Part shown: positions 39,070 to 49,000 of the stretch, piece by piece
Numbering within the stretch: position 1 is the first letter of the stretch
How the letters are laid out: each line of letters starts with the position of its first letter
From: an uncultured Spirochaetota bacterium
Lineage (GTDB): Bacteria; Spirochaetota; Brevinematia; Brevinematales; JAOACQ01
Assembly: GCA_963835575.1 (NCBI GenBank)
Contig: CAWIGG010000002.1
Span: forward strand, 1,376,001-1,440,000
Direction: 5' to 3'
Length of the DNA stretch: 64,000 nucleotides
Position numbers and translations under genes: made by a program
The notes under the pieces: model-generated
What the model saw: only the letters and a program-made list of their open reading frames with translations
What the model was told of the DNA's origin: nothing
Database searches by the model: none

Positions 39070-39610
39070 GGCGGTACAGCCTTCGGCTGTGCCACGCTGC
39101 AAGATTGTCCCCCGGCGGAGAGCTGCGGCAGAGAGTAAACTTTTCTGAATGCTGATATATAATCTACATCCTTGTTAATTTTAACAAAGGCACGCTTCGC
39201 TCCGAGGGCTTGTTTTGCAATCCGCTCCCGGACACGCACTCGGAACTCACACGCCCATTGTAAGCATTTTTTTAAAGAATCCTTAATTAATCTGTTTTGA
39301 TTCCGGAATTTCCGACAATGGGCGTGCTCGGACAATCCGAGTTCTCAAGCTGTCCGGGAGCGGAGCAAAACTACGCCCTCTCCGCGATGCTCTGTACTTC
39401 AATTCCTTTATTAACTGAGTGACGCATCCAGAAAATTTTACTCTCTGCCCCCAGCAGGGAGAAACCGCCGGCGGACGGTATAGAGAAAAAAATAATAATA
39501 AAAATGTATACAAAAGCCCGGACACTGAGCGGAGCCGAAGTGGCCGGACATAAAAACAGCTTACAACGGCGCCTGTCTTGACATAACACCGTTATTTGAC
39601 AAACGGCAGG
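39070..39610. repeat. Long foldback element, copy C (homolog of A)
   Basis: Inverted pairs 39127-39139/39437-39449, 39221-39234/39351-39364 and 39250-39261/39315-39326; ends and loops shared with copy A. Confidence 0.85.
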
Positions 39611-39625
39611 TTAATGTGCTACACT
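39596..39625 (+). promoter_or_regulatory. Putative sigma70 promoter
   Basis: TTGACA, 18 nt spacer ending TGC, then TACACT (extended -10). Confidence 0.45.
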
Positions 39626-39729
39626 GAATCGATTGGTGTTAAAGAGATGGGGATTAGGTTCTCAGGATTTCGCGAAGAAAGCCGGGCTGTTTTAAGCCGG
39701 CTTATTTCTCTATGGAAGCATAACGTTGG

Positions 39730-39756
39730 GGCATGCGGAAAGGCATGCCTTTTTTT
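39730..39756 (+). terminator. Intrinsic terminator directly upstream of the DUF3800-like gene RBS
   Basis: GGCATGC-GGAAAG-GCATGCC-TTTTTTT. Confidence 0.65.
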
Positions 39757-39776
39757 GTTTAAAAAAGGAGAAAACA

Positions 39777-40625
39777 ATGCGAATTGTCGTGGGTATAGAT
39801 GAAACTGGTACCGAAAGACAAATTTGTGATGGATGGTGTTACTTTGGGATACCTAATGATTGTTTAAAATCATTTGATAAAGAATCTAATGTAATAAAAT
39901 CGAAACATAATATTTCTAAATTTCATGCTAAAGAATATCAAAACTCAGAAAGGACTGCATATGAAGAATTTCTTTTACTTATTGAAAAATACATCGAATC
40001 TTGTCCTATTTCAATTTGTTCAACATACCTGTATCGTAAAGACTGGAATATAAAACTTCATGAGTTCTCAGAAAGAATATTATCAGGTGCAACAAAAACA
40101 GTTGGTATAGAAAATCTAGATGCCACAAAGATCGCGAAATTATTTCTCCCACCATTATATTCGCTTTCAAAGATTGGAAGAAATTTAAATCATTCATCTG
40201 AATTTGAAGTTTATTTTGATAGTGACCAACTTAAATCTCAAATTAATAATCATGTTTTTTCATTAACTACAGAAATAGGTCTGAGTCTTCGAAAAACAAT
40301 AGCTATAGTTGCAAATGAATATCGAAAATTAAATTATCCAAATTCACCAAAGATACTAGATACAAATATTCAAGTTTTAGATGATGAAAAAAGCAATATT
40401 ATTCAAGCAGCGGATGTAATAGGAAACTTCTCTAATGCATATATATTCACAACCCTGGGTGGTGTTTCAAATAAAAGAAAAGAAAAATCTACAATCTTCA
40501 CTAAGGCATTTGGTAAACATTTAACTGAAGTTGATTTTAGTGGTCAAATTAAATTACATGGATTAAATGATTTAGAGCTTATTGGGGATGCTGCTGCACT
40601 CCCATTTATACTTGGGAGATGTTAA
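39777..40625 (+). CDS. DUF3800-like (RNase H-fold) protein
   Basis: VGIDETG, KFHAKE, VYFDSD, IIQAADVIGN; AAGGAG RBS; very AT-rich. Confidence 0.7.
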   Translation: MRIVVGIDETGTERQICDGWCYFGIPNDCLKSFDKESNVIKSKHNISKFHAKEYQNSERTAYEEFLLLIEKYIESCPISICSTYLYRKDWNIKLHEFSERILSGATKTVGIENLDATKIAKLFLPPLYSLSKIGRNLNHSSEFEVYFDSDQLKSQINNHVFSLTTEIGLSLRKTIAIVANEYRKLNYPNSPKILDTNIQVLDDEKSNIIQAADVIGNFSNAYIFTTLGGVSNKRKEKSTIFTKAFGKHLTEVDFSGQIKLHGLNDLELIGDAAALPFILGRC

Positions 40626-40900
40626 ACTTCACTTTGTAAAGTTATGTCGTATAATTAATGATAAAAATGAGGAATATATAATGGAAATAACAAATCGATT
40701 TGAAGATATGTTTGTAAAGGTAATAATCGAAGAAATAATTAAAACAATAAATAATAAAATTATATCAGAAATTATTACTAGGCTATTTAAGATTACCACT
40801 TTAATACTCGTCTATATGAATTACGTTTATAAAAATAGAATGGTTTAATGCATTTTTTAAAAAAGAGTAAATTTAATTTATAAATTAACAGGTAGTAATT

Positions 40901-41926
40901 ATGATTGAAGAAGATTTTATTAAAGAATGTTTACGAACTAACTCGAGCGGTAATTTATATCATAGAGAAGGTCAGGAAATTGAATTTAAAGAACAATTCA
41001 ATCTTGCTGGACTTGCTGACTATTTTAGAGACTTTGCGGCTTTTGCAAATAACAAAGGGGGGTACTTAATTTTTGGGGTAACAGATTCACCAAGAAAATT
41101 AAATGGTTTATCTGACACTTCCATAAAACAATTTGAAAAAATAGATCCCGAAAAGATTACAGGATTTTTATTAGAAATATTTTCTGGACAGATTTCTTGG
41201 GAACAGACTATTTTAAAACACAATAATAGATATTTTGGAATATTTAAGGTTTACCCTGCAATTGTAAAACCTATTATTTCAAGAAAAGATGAAGGGAAAG
41301 ATCAAGTTATAAAAAATGGAGAAATTTATTTTAGATATGGTGGTCGAACACAGAAAATCCAGTATTCTGAGTTAGAAAATATAATTAATAAAAGAATTGA
41401 ATATATCAATAAGCAATGGCTTGACCTTATGTCTAAAATTGGAAAAGCAGGACCAAATAATGCAGCAATTCTTGATACAGAAAAATCTGTAATTGAAAAA
41501 GATGATACTAAAATTCTAGTTATTGATGAAGAATTAGCAAAGAAACTGAAATTTATTACTGAGGGTAAATTTTCAGAAAAAAAAGGTGCTCCTGCTTTCA
41601 AACTAACTGGTAATGTTATTCCAATTGATAAAGTTGAAGTTATAAAACATGTGAAACAGTCTTTGATCAAAGACTATCCTTTAACAGCGTTGGAACTATT
41701 AGAAGAAATAAGAAAACAATTACCAAAATGTCAACAAGGTATCATTTATAGAGTTATACGAGAAAATGATCTGAAAAATAACCTGGACTATTCAGCCTAT
41801 AATTTCAGAAGTAAAAAACATGAAGATAATTTTAAAGAAACAGGTAAATTACCATCAGGAACGCCTAGCATTTATAAACAAATAGCAGTAGATTATATTG
41901 TACAATTGATAAAGAATGAAAAATAA
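40901..41926 (+). CDS. Schlafen/AlbA_2 domain protein with an unknown C-terminal domain
   Basis: REGQEIEFKE, AAFANNKGGYLIFGVTD, IYFRYGG. Confidence 0.85.
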   Translation: MIEEDFIKECLRTNSSGNLYHREGQEIEFKEQFNLAGLADYFRDFAAFANNKGGYLIFGVTDSPRKLNGLSDTSIKQFEKIDPEKITGFLLEIFSGQISWEQTILKHNNRYFGIFKVYPAIVKPIISRKDEGKDQVIKNGEIYFRYGGRTQKIQYSELENIINKRIEYINKQWLDLMSKIGKAGPNNAAILDTEKSVIEKDDTKILVIDEELAKKLKFITEGKFSEKKGAPAFKLTGNVIPIDKVEVIKHVKQSLIKDYPLTALELLEEIRKQLPKCQQGIIYRVIRENDLKNNLDYSAYNFRSKKHEDNFKETGKLPSGTPSIYKQIAVDYIVQLIKNEK

Positions 41927-42013
41927 AATAACTCAATATAAAATTCTTGTTATCCGCGAATAGTATAATAGAAGAGAGTTAAATTATTTTTAGAATCATT
42001 AATTTTATTTTTA

Positions 42014-42546
42014 ATCCTGTTCATCCTGACATATCCTATAAATCCTGCCGAATTGGGGTCAATACAACAATTTCAATCAAATATAAATAGATCCTTATAG
42101 AAATATTCCCGTCATTAGACAAATAAGTAAACCCTCATTATTATTATGAATAATAAAAGGAGCTCATCATGGAAGAAGGTATGTCCATCCAGGTCCAATT
42201 CACTCCCGAAGAAACCCCATTTTACAATAATATACAAAAGCATTGCACGGATAAAGGGATCAGCGCCTCAAATTACATCAAGGAACTGCTGAAAAGAGAC
42301 CTGGGATGGGGCCGGTTCATGAAACGGAGAAAACCGCGCACGGAGGAGTAATAAAACACCTTATAAATATCGACCCCAATTCCACAGGATTATCAGGATC
42401 ACTCAAGATTTTCAGGATTATTATTTGGAATCTTCAACTGTTTTTTTTTATCCTGTGAATCCTATATTATCCTGAAAATCCTGACCGAATTGGGTTCAGT
42501 ACAACAATTTTAATCAAATAAAAATTGATCATTCATAAAAAATATT
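42014..42546. repeat. ATCCTG-periodic repeats in direct and inverted arrangement
   Basis: Direct copies 42014-42107 and 42450-42546; inverted arm 42372-42420 (GACCCCAATT..CAGGATTATCAGGAT). Confidence 0.78.
42169..42351 (+). CDS. Small protein, possible ribbon-helix-helix regulator or antitoxin
   Basis: AAGGAG RBS; strand-helix-helix pattern SIQVQFT..IQKHC..GISASNYIKELLKRDL. Confidence 0.5.
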   Translation: MEEGMSIQVQFTPEETPFYNNIQKHCTDKGISASNYIKELLKRDLGWGRFMKRRKPRTEE

Positions 42547-42647
42547 TTGTCCCCCGGGCGTAGCCCACCCCCCAACCCCGTTACCTTTCTGTGAAATCTG
42601 TGGTTAACTCCCGAACCCCTTCCCGTCTTCCTGTGAAAAAAATTTTA

Positions 42648-44381
42648 TTAAATCTTCCTTATAAATTCAAAATTGGTGATCCTTACTTCCGGATACCCCT
42701 CGCTGTCTTTCACAATATCCCCTTTCGGATCATAGACAATGATCAGATCATTTATTTGAAGGAAGGAGCCGTCATAGCCTATATTTTTCAATTTCCCGAC
42801 GACCATTCCGGTGAGGTTTTTAACCTCCGCTTCGCTGAATACTCCGTTGCGGATCGCCTTCATCAGATCGACCGGCCTGCACAACCGGCCCTTCTGCTGT
42901 GCGACCCATTCGTCCGGGCCGTTGTAATAGCCGCGGATGGTGATATAATTGTGCTCCATGCTTAAAGCCGGCTGGCCGTCCGGGCAGAACAGGCCGCTGT
43001 GGGACTCAAAGCGGCCCATGTCTTCCGACTTCTCCTGCTTGACGCCTCCCGTCATATAGACCGCGCGCATATAGACCGCCGGGACGCCGTTATTATTTAA
43101 ATAAAGCGCGATCGCGGACTCCTCGAAGGGGCTGTTGAACCCTGGCTCGATCATCAAGGAGGATCCTTCTTTATCAGGGACCGGATGCGGGATCTCCCCG
43201 ACACGCGAGGCTTTCCAGACGATATGGATATTGTCCTTGGTAACGGTATAAAAAATATCATTGTTCTGCGATAATTTCCAGTGGTGCGTTTTCCTCCACC
43301 GTTCGGGCAGGAAATAGTCGAACAGGTTCGGGTTCCTTCCCACCACCCACAGGAGGCCTCCCGTGCTTTCCACATGCCCGTAAATATAGGGCACATCGAA
43401 TATTTCCATGCCGCTTAAATAAGACGGGAGTGCGACTTCCTTGAACCTGTCCCTCTGGTCGTCAAGATAGGTATGCCGGCGCATGCTCTTCACGTATTCG
43501 TCATGCCCAGGAGTACGGATCAGAAGTTCGTAATCCACCACGGAATAATCCCTCTTTTCTATTAAATCCATGAGAAATACCCTCTGTTTTTCCCGGGACG
43601 CCGGATTACTTTTGCAGTCTATTAAGTTGAGCCTCTGCATATTCTCTTCACCTATGATGATATGGGACGGCTTCATATCGGCTTCCACATATCCCTTTTT
43701 ATCCAGATCGGCGATGACTTTCTGAGTGATGGGGGCCAGGTTCATCTCCAGCTCGGCGCCCTGGATCCCGATTTCCTTGAAAGCCTCCACTATGTTTTTC
43801 CCTTTTATCCAGCCGTAAATCAATTTATACTGCTTCAATATGTCGATGTCGATACCGGGATGTTTGTTGATGACGCTGTTGACCTTGTAAACGGACCTCC
43901 CGCTCTGCCAGAGCTGCATTTTTTCGGGCGGGACATAAATGGCCAGCGGGTACTGCGTTCTGATCATGATATCGCCGGGGCCGTATTCGCCTTCCCTCAT
44001 TTCCATCACCATGGCGAATTCTTCCCAGGGACTGTTGAATTCCGCGTTGATGAATTCCAGCAGCGTATGCGTATCGAGAGGCACATCCTCGCCGAAACGC
44101 GAATTCCTGACAACCAGGTCCAGGCTTTTCCCGTCAACTTCCTTTGTCTTTAATTTATAGATCGAACTCGTGCCTTGCAGTTTTTCCCGGTGGGCCTCGA
44201 ACCATTCTTTTTCATACCAGTTTTCGATTTCAAGCAGGTCCGAATACTGCAGGCCGTATTGGGTCAGATAGATGTCCCCGCCGTCGCTTGTCTTATGGTG
44301 GGCGTAGACAATGCCCAGGATATGGATCAGCTCCTCCGGCATAGATATCAGCGCCGATTGAAAATCTTTTTCAAACTGCAT
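42648..44381 (-). CDS. Hypothetical protein with two tandem kinase-like domains
   Basis: Internal duplication (VRNSRFGE/WKASRVGE, FNSPWEE/FNSPFEE, YGWIKG/RGYYNG, DYELL/NFEFI); DMKPSH in the first half. Confidence 0.6.
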   Translation of the reverse strand: MQFEKDFQSALISMPEELIHILGIVYAHHKTSDGGDIYLTQYGLQYSDLLEIENWYEKEWFEAHREKLQGTSSIYKLKTKEVDGKSLDLVVRNSRFGEDVPLDTHTLLEFINAEFNSPWEEFAMVMEMREGEYGPGDIMIRTQYPLAIYVPPEKMQLWQSGRSVYKVNSVINKHPGIDIDILKQYKLIYGWIKGKNIVEAFKEIGIQGAELEMNLAPITQKVIADLDKKGYVEADMKPSHIIIGEENMQRLNLIDCKSNPASREKQRVFLMDLIEKRDYSVVDYELLIRTPGHDEYVKSMRRHTYLDDQRDRFKEVALPSYLSGMEIFDVPYIYGHVESTGGLLWVVGRNPNLFDYFLPERWRKTHHWKLSQNNDIFYTVTKDNIHIVWKASRVGEIPHPVPDKEGSSLMIEPGFNSPFEESAIALYLNNNGVPAVYMRAVYMTGGVKQEKSEDMGRFESHSGLFCPDGQPALSMEHNYITIRGYYNGPDEWVAQQKGRLCRPVDLMKAIRNGVFSEAEVKNLTGMVVGKLKNIGYDGSFLQINDLIIVYDPKGDIVKDSEGYPEVRITNFEFIRKI

Positions 44382-44626
44382 TAAAACATCCTATTATTAT
44401 CTTAAATTTACCATGGTCCAATAAGTTTGACATGATGTGGGAAAAAAATCAATGCGGATGGAAAATCGATATATTCATAAGCAGGATCCGAGTTCAGTAA
44501 AATCAAATGCCTTCTCACCCCGCGGTATTATGAATTACAGCACTCGGATTGAAGCCTTAATATTGTGTTTTTTTACCCCGAGGATTATAATTTCCATTAT
44601 AATCATATCCTGTTTCAGGGGGGGGG

Positions 44627-46033
44627 ATGGTTCCCTGGATTTATCCCTTTATTATATTTATCCTTTCATCGGCTTTATTGTCAGGCCTTGCGTTTTACGG
44701 ATGGCGGAGCGGACTTCTCATTGCCAGGAAAGCCTTTTCCCTGCTGATGCTGTCTTTCGCGATTTACTTTTTCGGCGGGGCAATGGAACTCATCTTCCCC
44801 GGTCTGCCGGGCAAACTTTTCTGGAATAATTTCGCATATATCGGTATAGTTTCCGTCGGCCCATGCTGGCTGGCCCTGGCATTGCTTTATAGCGGAAAAC
44901 AGCGTTTTCTAAATAAAGGAACGATTTTACTGCTTTTCCTGATACCTTTGACGACATTGATATTAAAATATACCGACGGCTTTTTTCATCTTGTTTACAA
45001 AACGGTTGACATCGACATGCAAAGCCCTTTCCCCATTGTCGTTTTCACAAGGGGTTATTGGTACTGGGTCCAGATAATATTCACGAACGCATGCGCTTTG
45101 ATCGGGAGTATCCTTGTCATCATAGTATTTTTCCAATCCGCAGCAATATACAGGAAGCAGGCAGGGATCATGCTGATTGCGACTTTGGTCCCATGGGCCG
45201 CCTTTATCATTTACCTATCATTTCACTTTTTACATGGGGTGGATTTTATCCCCATCCTGCTGGCAATTGACGGGCCGCTTTATGCTTTAGGACTGATCAG
45301 GTACCGCTTGTTCGATTCTGCACCGCTGACATGGAAAAATGTTCTGGATACCATCACAAATCATATGATAATCCTGAATAACGACGGCCGCATTGTCGAT
45401 TTTAATCCCGGTTCGCAGAAACTCTTCAAGGAATTAAATAAAAAAAGTATTGGGACACCCTTCGGAAATATTGCTTCCGGTTTTCCAGAAATTCAGAAAT
45501 TGATAGAATCTCCGGACCGTTTTCAGACGGATATCAGAATAGATTCTCCGGACGGCACACGATTACTACGGTCACAGGTATTTTATATCCGGGACCACAC
45601 GGATCAGATAACCGGGAAAACCATCGTGATAAATGACACCATTGTAAAGTATAAAAAAAACTATTACGACCGGGAATCGCTGACACGGGATTTTAATGAA
45701 ATAGAAAAAATCATGGAAAAGGAAAAGCTCTACCTCAACCCGGAATTGACCCTTCCGGGACTTGCCGATCAGCTAAAAATCCCCCGCAACCGCCTTTCTT
45801 ATATATTGAATGAATACAGGAAACAGAAATTCTATGATTTTCTCAACACATACCGTATCGGGGAAGCAAAACGGCTGATGACGACAGATCTGTATGCCGG
45901 CAATATTCTTCGAATCGCATTCGAATCCGGCTTCAATTCCAAAACAACTTTTTATACGGCTTTCAAGAAAATCACCGGGACGACCCCGTTGGAATTCCTT
46001 TCCAGCCTGAAAAATAAGCCCGGGCGGGATTAG
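44627..46033 (+). CDS. HisKA_7TM + PAS + AraC HTH membrane regulator
   Basis: 7TM with FWNNFAYIG and YRKQAGIML; GRIVDFNP; LYLNPELTL..LA, FYDFLNTYRI, IAFESGFNSKTTFYTAFKK.TG.TP. Confidence 0.87.
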   Translation: MVPWIYPFIIFILSSALLSGLAFYGWRSGLLIARKAFSLLMLSFAIYFFGGAMELIFPGLPGKLFWNNFAYIGIVSVGPCWLALALLYSGKQRFLNKGTILLLFLIPLTTLILKYTDGFFHLVYKTVDIDMQSPFPIVVFTRGYWYWVQIIFTNACALIGSILVIIVFFQSAAIYRKQAGIMLIATLVPWAAFIIYLSFHFLHGVDFIPILLAIDGPLYALGLIRYRLFDSAPLTWKNVLDTITNHMIILNNDGRIVDFNPGSQKLFKELNKKSIGTPFGNIASGFPEIQKLIESPDRFQTDIRIDSPDGTRLLRSQVFYIRDHTDQITGKTIVINDTIVKYKKNYYDRESLTRDFNEIEKIMEKEKLYLNPELTLPGLADQLKIPRNRLSYILNEYRKQKFYDFLNTYRIGEAKRLMTTDLYAGNILRIAFESGFNSKTTFYTAFKKITGTTPLEFLSSLKNKPGRD

Positions 46034-46081
46034 TTGACAACTTGTCATTGACACAAACTCGTGCGTTTTTCTTGACTCAAT

Positions 46082-49000
46082 ATGCATGTTAAGATAGAGT
46101 ATTTTTACATATTTATGATTTTTCCGAAATTTACCGGTTTTGTAAGCCGGAATATTATCACCTTCATTGTCTGTCTAATTCCGATTTTTGTCACAGCCAT
46201 TATCACTTTTTCCTACCACTTTCCTGAAAAGTACAGAAAACACACGATCGATCTGACTGGTTCCTGGAAGATTCATGAGGGGACAAACGACGCATGGACC
46301 GGCCCGGATGTCCGGGACGCGGGCTGGAAGGATTTCAATTTTCCCGGCAGCTACTACGATCAGGGCTTCAGGGACATCCATGCGACGATCAGAAAAAGTT
46401 TTACTCTGAACGAAAATCTTAAGGACAAGGATCTCTTCTTTACGATCGGGATCACATCGGGATTGATGGGCGCTATAGCCATGAACGGCCATATGATCGG
46501 CGAGACGGGATATATCGTCAACAATAAAAAGACGCATGAAAACAATGGATTTTACGGATTTTTCATCAACAGGGAGTTTCTCTTTCAGGACAAAACGAAC
46601 GTGCTGGCCCTGCAGCTCGAAAATGAGACGCCGGGCTACGACGACCTGGTGGACCCGAGAACGCTTCTCGGAAATGCCGAATACCTGAAGCCGTATTATG
46701 AAAACTGCAGGTTCGTCTACAGTTTCTTCCAGTACGGCATCAGTTTAGCAGGCTTGGTTATCCTGATTATCCTAATGCTTCTTACCATAACCGAATGGAC
46801 ATCCCCCGACAGATACAAATATCTTTCGGCCATGGTCCTGGTCTTTTCTGCTTTTTTATTCAATCTGGTCTTTTCCACCTCTTTCCTGAGGTATTTCGCG
46901 GATTTCCGGCTTCTCAGCAGGCTGCTGCTTTCTTCGATTTCTTTCATTGCCGTTGCATCTTTGTATTTCTTACAGTGGTATTTTCTAAAAAAAACCAACC
47001 TGATCACTAAAATAAGCCACGTTATCTGCATTTCCGTTATAATCTCCTACTTTTTAATCGGCGATTTCGAAGTCATCAACGACATTTACAAATATTTTAT
47101 CGGTTATTTTTTCCTGCTGATCATTTATATGTGCGCCATTTCGGTCAGGGGAACGGTATTATCAAAAAGCAGGAGAGAAGGGATCATCATAACGGCTTGT
47201 TTCATAATAGCGAGTTTATCGGGCATTTCGGATTTTCTGACCGACCTCCATCTGATCGATATGCCCTATATATTCAATGTCAACATCTCCATTGTCATCT
47301 TGATCGCTTCCACAGTCATCATAGCGCAGTTTGCCAATATCAGCCTTACCAACAGGACCCTGGCGGCGGAGCTGCAAAAGCTCAACTATTCCCTCGAGAA
47401 CAAGGTCGCGCAGAGGACGGCGGAACTGAGCGAGGCCTATGAAAAGCTCAAATCCCTCGACCATGCAAAAAACGAGTTTTTTTCCAACATCTCCCATGAA
47501 TTCCGGACGCCTTTGACCCTTCTCCTGGGACCGGTGGATTCCATTCTCGCAGGAGAATACGGTCAAGCCCTGCGCCGGGATCATGAAATCTTTTCCGTCA
47601 TGCGGACCAACATCATAAGACTCCTGAAGTTGATCAACAATCTCCTGGATTTTTCCAGAATCGATGCGGGAAAAATGCAGCCCCGGAAAGTCGGAACGGA
47701 TGTTTCGTCGCTTCTCGAATTTTTTGCGTCGTCGGTGGAATCCTCTGCAAAAAGCAGGGGGATATCTTTTGTTTACGACGACAGGACGGAAGGCATAAAC
47801 GCCGTACTGGACCCTGACCTTTTTGAAAAAGCGGTTTTCAATCTGATTTCCAACTCATTCAAATTCACTCCCCCCGGCGGCACGGTCATCCTCCAGCTGG
47901 ATGCCCGGATTCCGGAGGACGGAAAAGAAGGAACATTTTCCGTTTCGGTCAAGGATACGGGCATCGGGATACCTGAGGACAAACTGGATTATATTTTCGA
48001 GCGCTTCGCTCAGGTTGACAGTTCCGTATCGAGGAAATTCGAGGGGGCAGGGATAGGCCTTGCGCTGGCAAAGGAAATAGCGGAAATGCATAAAGGAAGG
48101 ATCAGCGTGAAGAGCGCGGAAGGAAAAGGGGCCTGTTTTATCATGACATTCCCTTATAAAGATTCCATTGAGACAAAAGACAATGAACCGGAGGATTTTG
48201 CTGTCAGGGAATGGAACCTTGCGGACATAGCCATGATGTCCGATGCCCCTCCCCTTCCGGCCGCAGATTTAAATCCGGGCTCCCCACCGGACAGCAAACC
48301 AGAAATTCTCGTAGTCGAGGACAATTCCGGAATGCGGCAGTTTTTGTCCGGAATTCTATCCCCGGATTACGGCGTCCATACGGCGGAAAACGGAAAACTC
48401 GGTCTCGAGCTGGCCCTCCGGGTAAAACCAGACCTGGTCCTGGCCGATGTGATGATGCCGGTCATGGACGGGTATGAGATGACGGCAAGGATCAAATCGG
48501 AGCCTTCACTGAAGGGGATCCCGGTAATCCTCCTGACCGCCAAGGCCGATGAAAAGATGAAGCTGGAAGGATTCGAGAAAGGAGCCGACGATTATGTGAT
48601 AAAGCCGTTCTCATCGCCCGAGCTCCATGCGAGAATCCGTGCCTGCCTGGAGATGAAGCGTCTGAGGGATGAAGCCTTTCAAAGGCAAGCCATGCTCGAA
48701 AAGACGCTGAAAGACAGGGACGCCGCCCAAAAACGGTTTCAGGAGACAGCCGAGCTGTTGCCAGGCGCCATTATCGAAACGGATACCGGTGGAAGGATCA
48801 CGTTTATCAACAGGGCGGGACGAGAGATGCTCGGCTATAGCGGCGCCGGGGATTTGCCTTATGCCGCTTTTCCCGATTTCATATCCGTGATAGATCGGGA
48901 AAGATGGAAAACGGAAACCGCCGGAAAAGATACGGACCTCAAGCCGTACCGGCTCCGCCGGAAGGATTCCTCGGAAACTGTTGTTTTATTAAAATTCTGT

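Noticed and set aside
39560..39730. Integron attC sites (TAAC...GTT) or a fluoride riboswitch
   Set aside because: No complementary R/L box arrangement, no intI, and the GCTRATGAC riboswitch segment is absent
40582..40848. Small ORF between the DUF3800-like and AlbA_2 genes
   Set aside because: Low-complexity AT-rich frame with no motif; it cannot be supported, though a small accessory protein is not excluded
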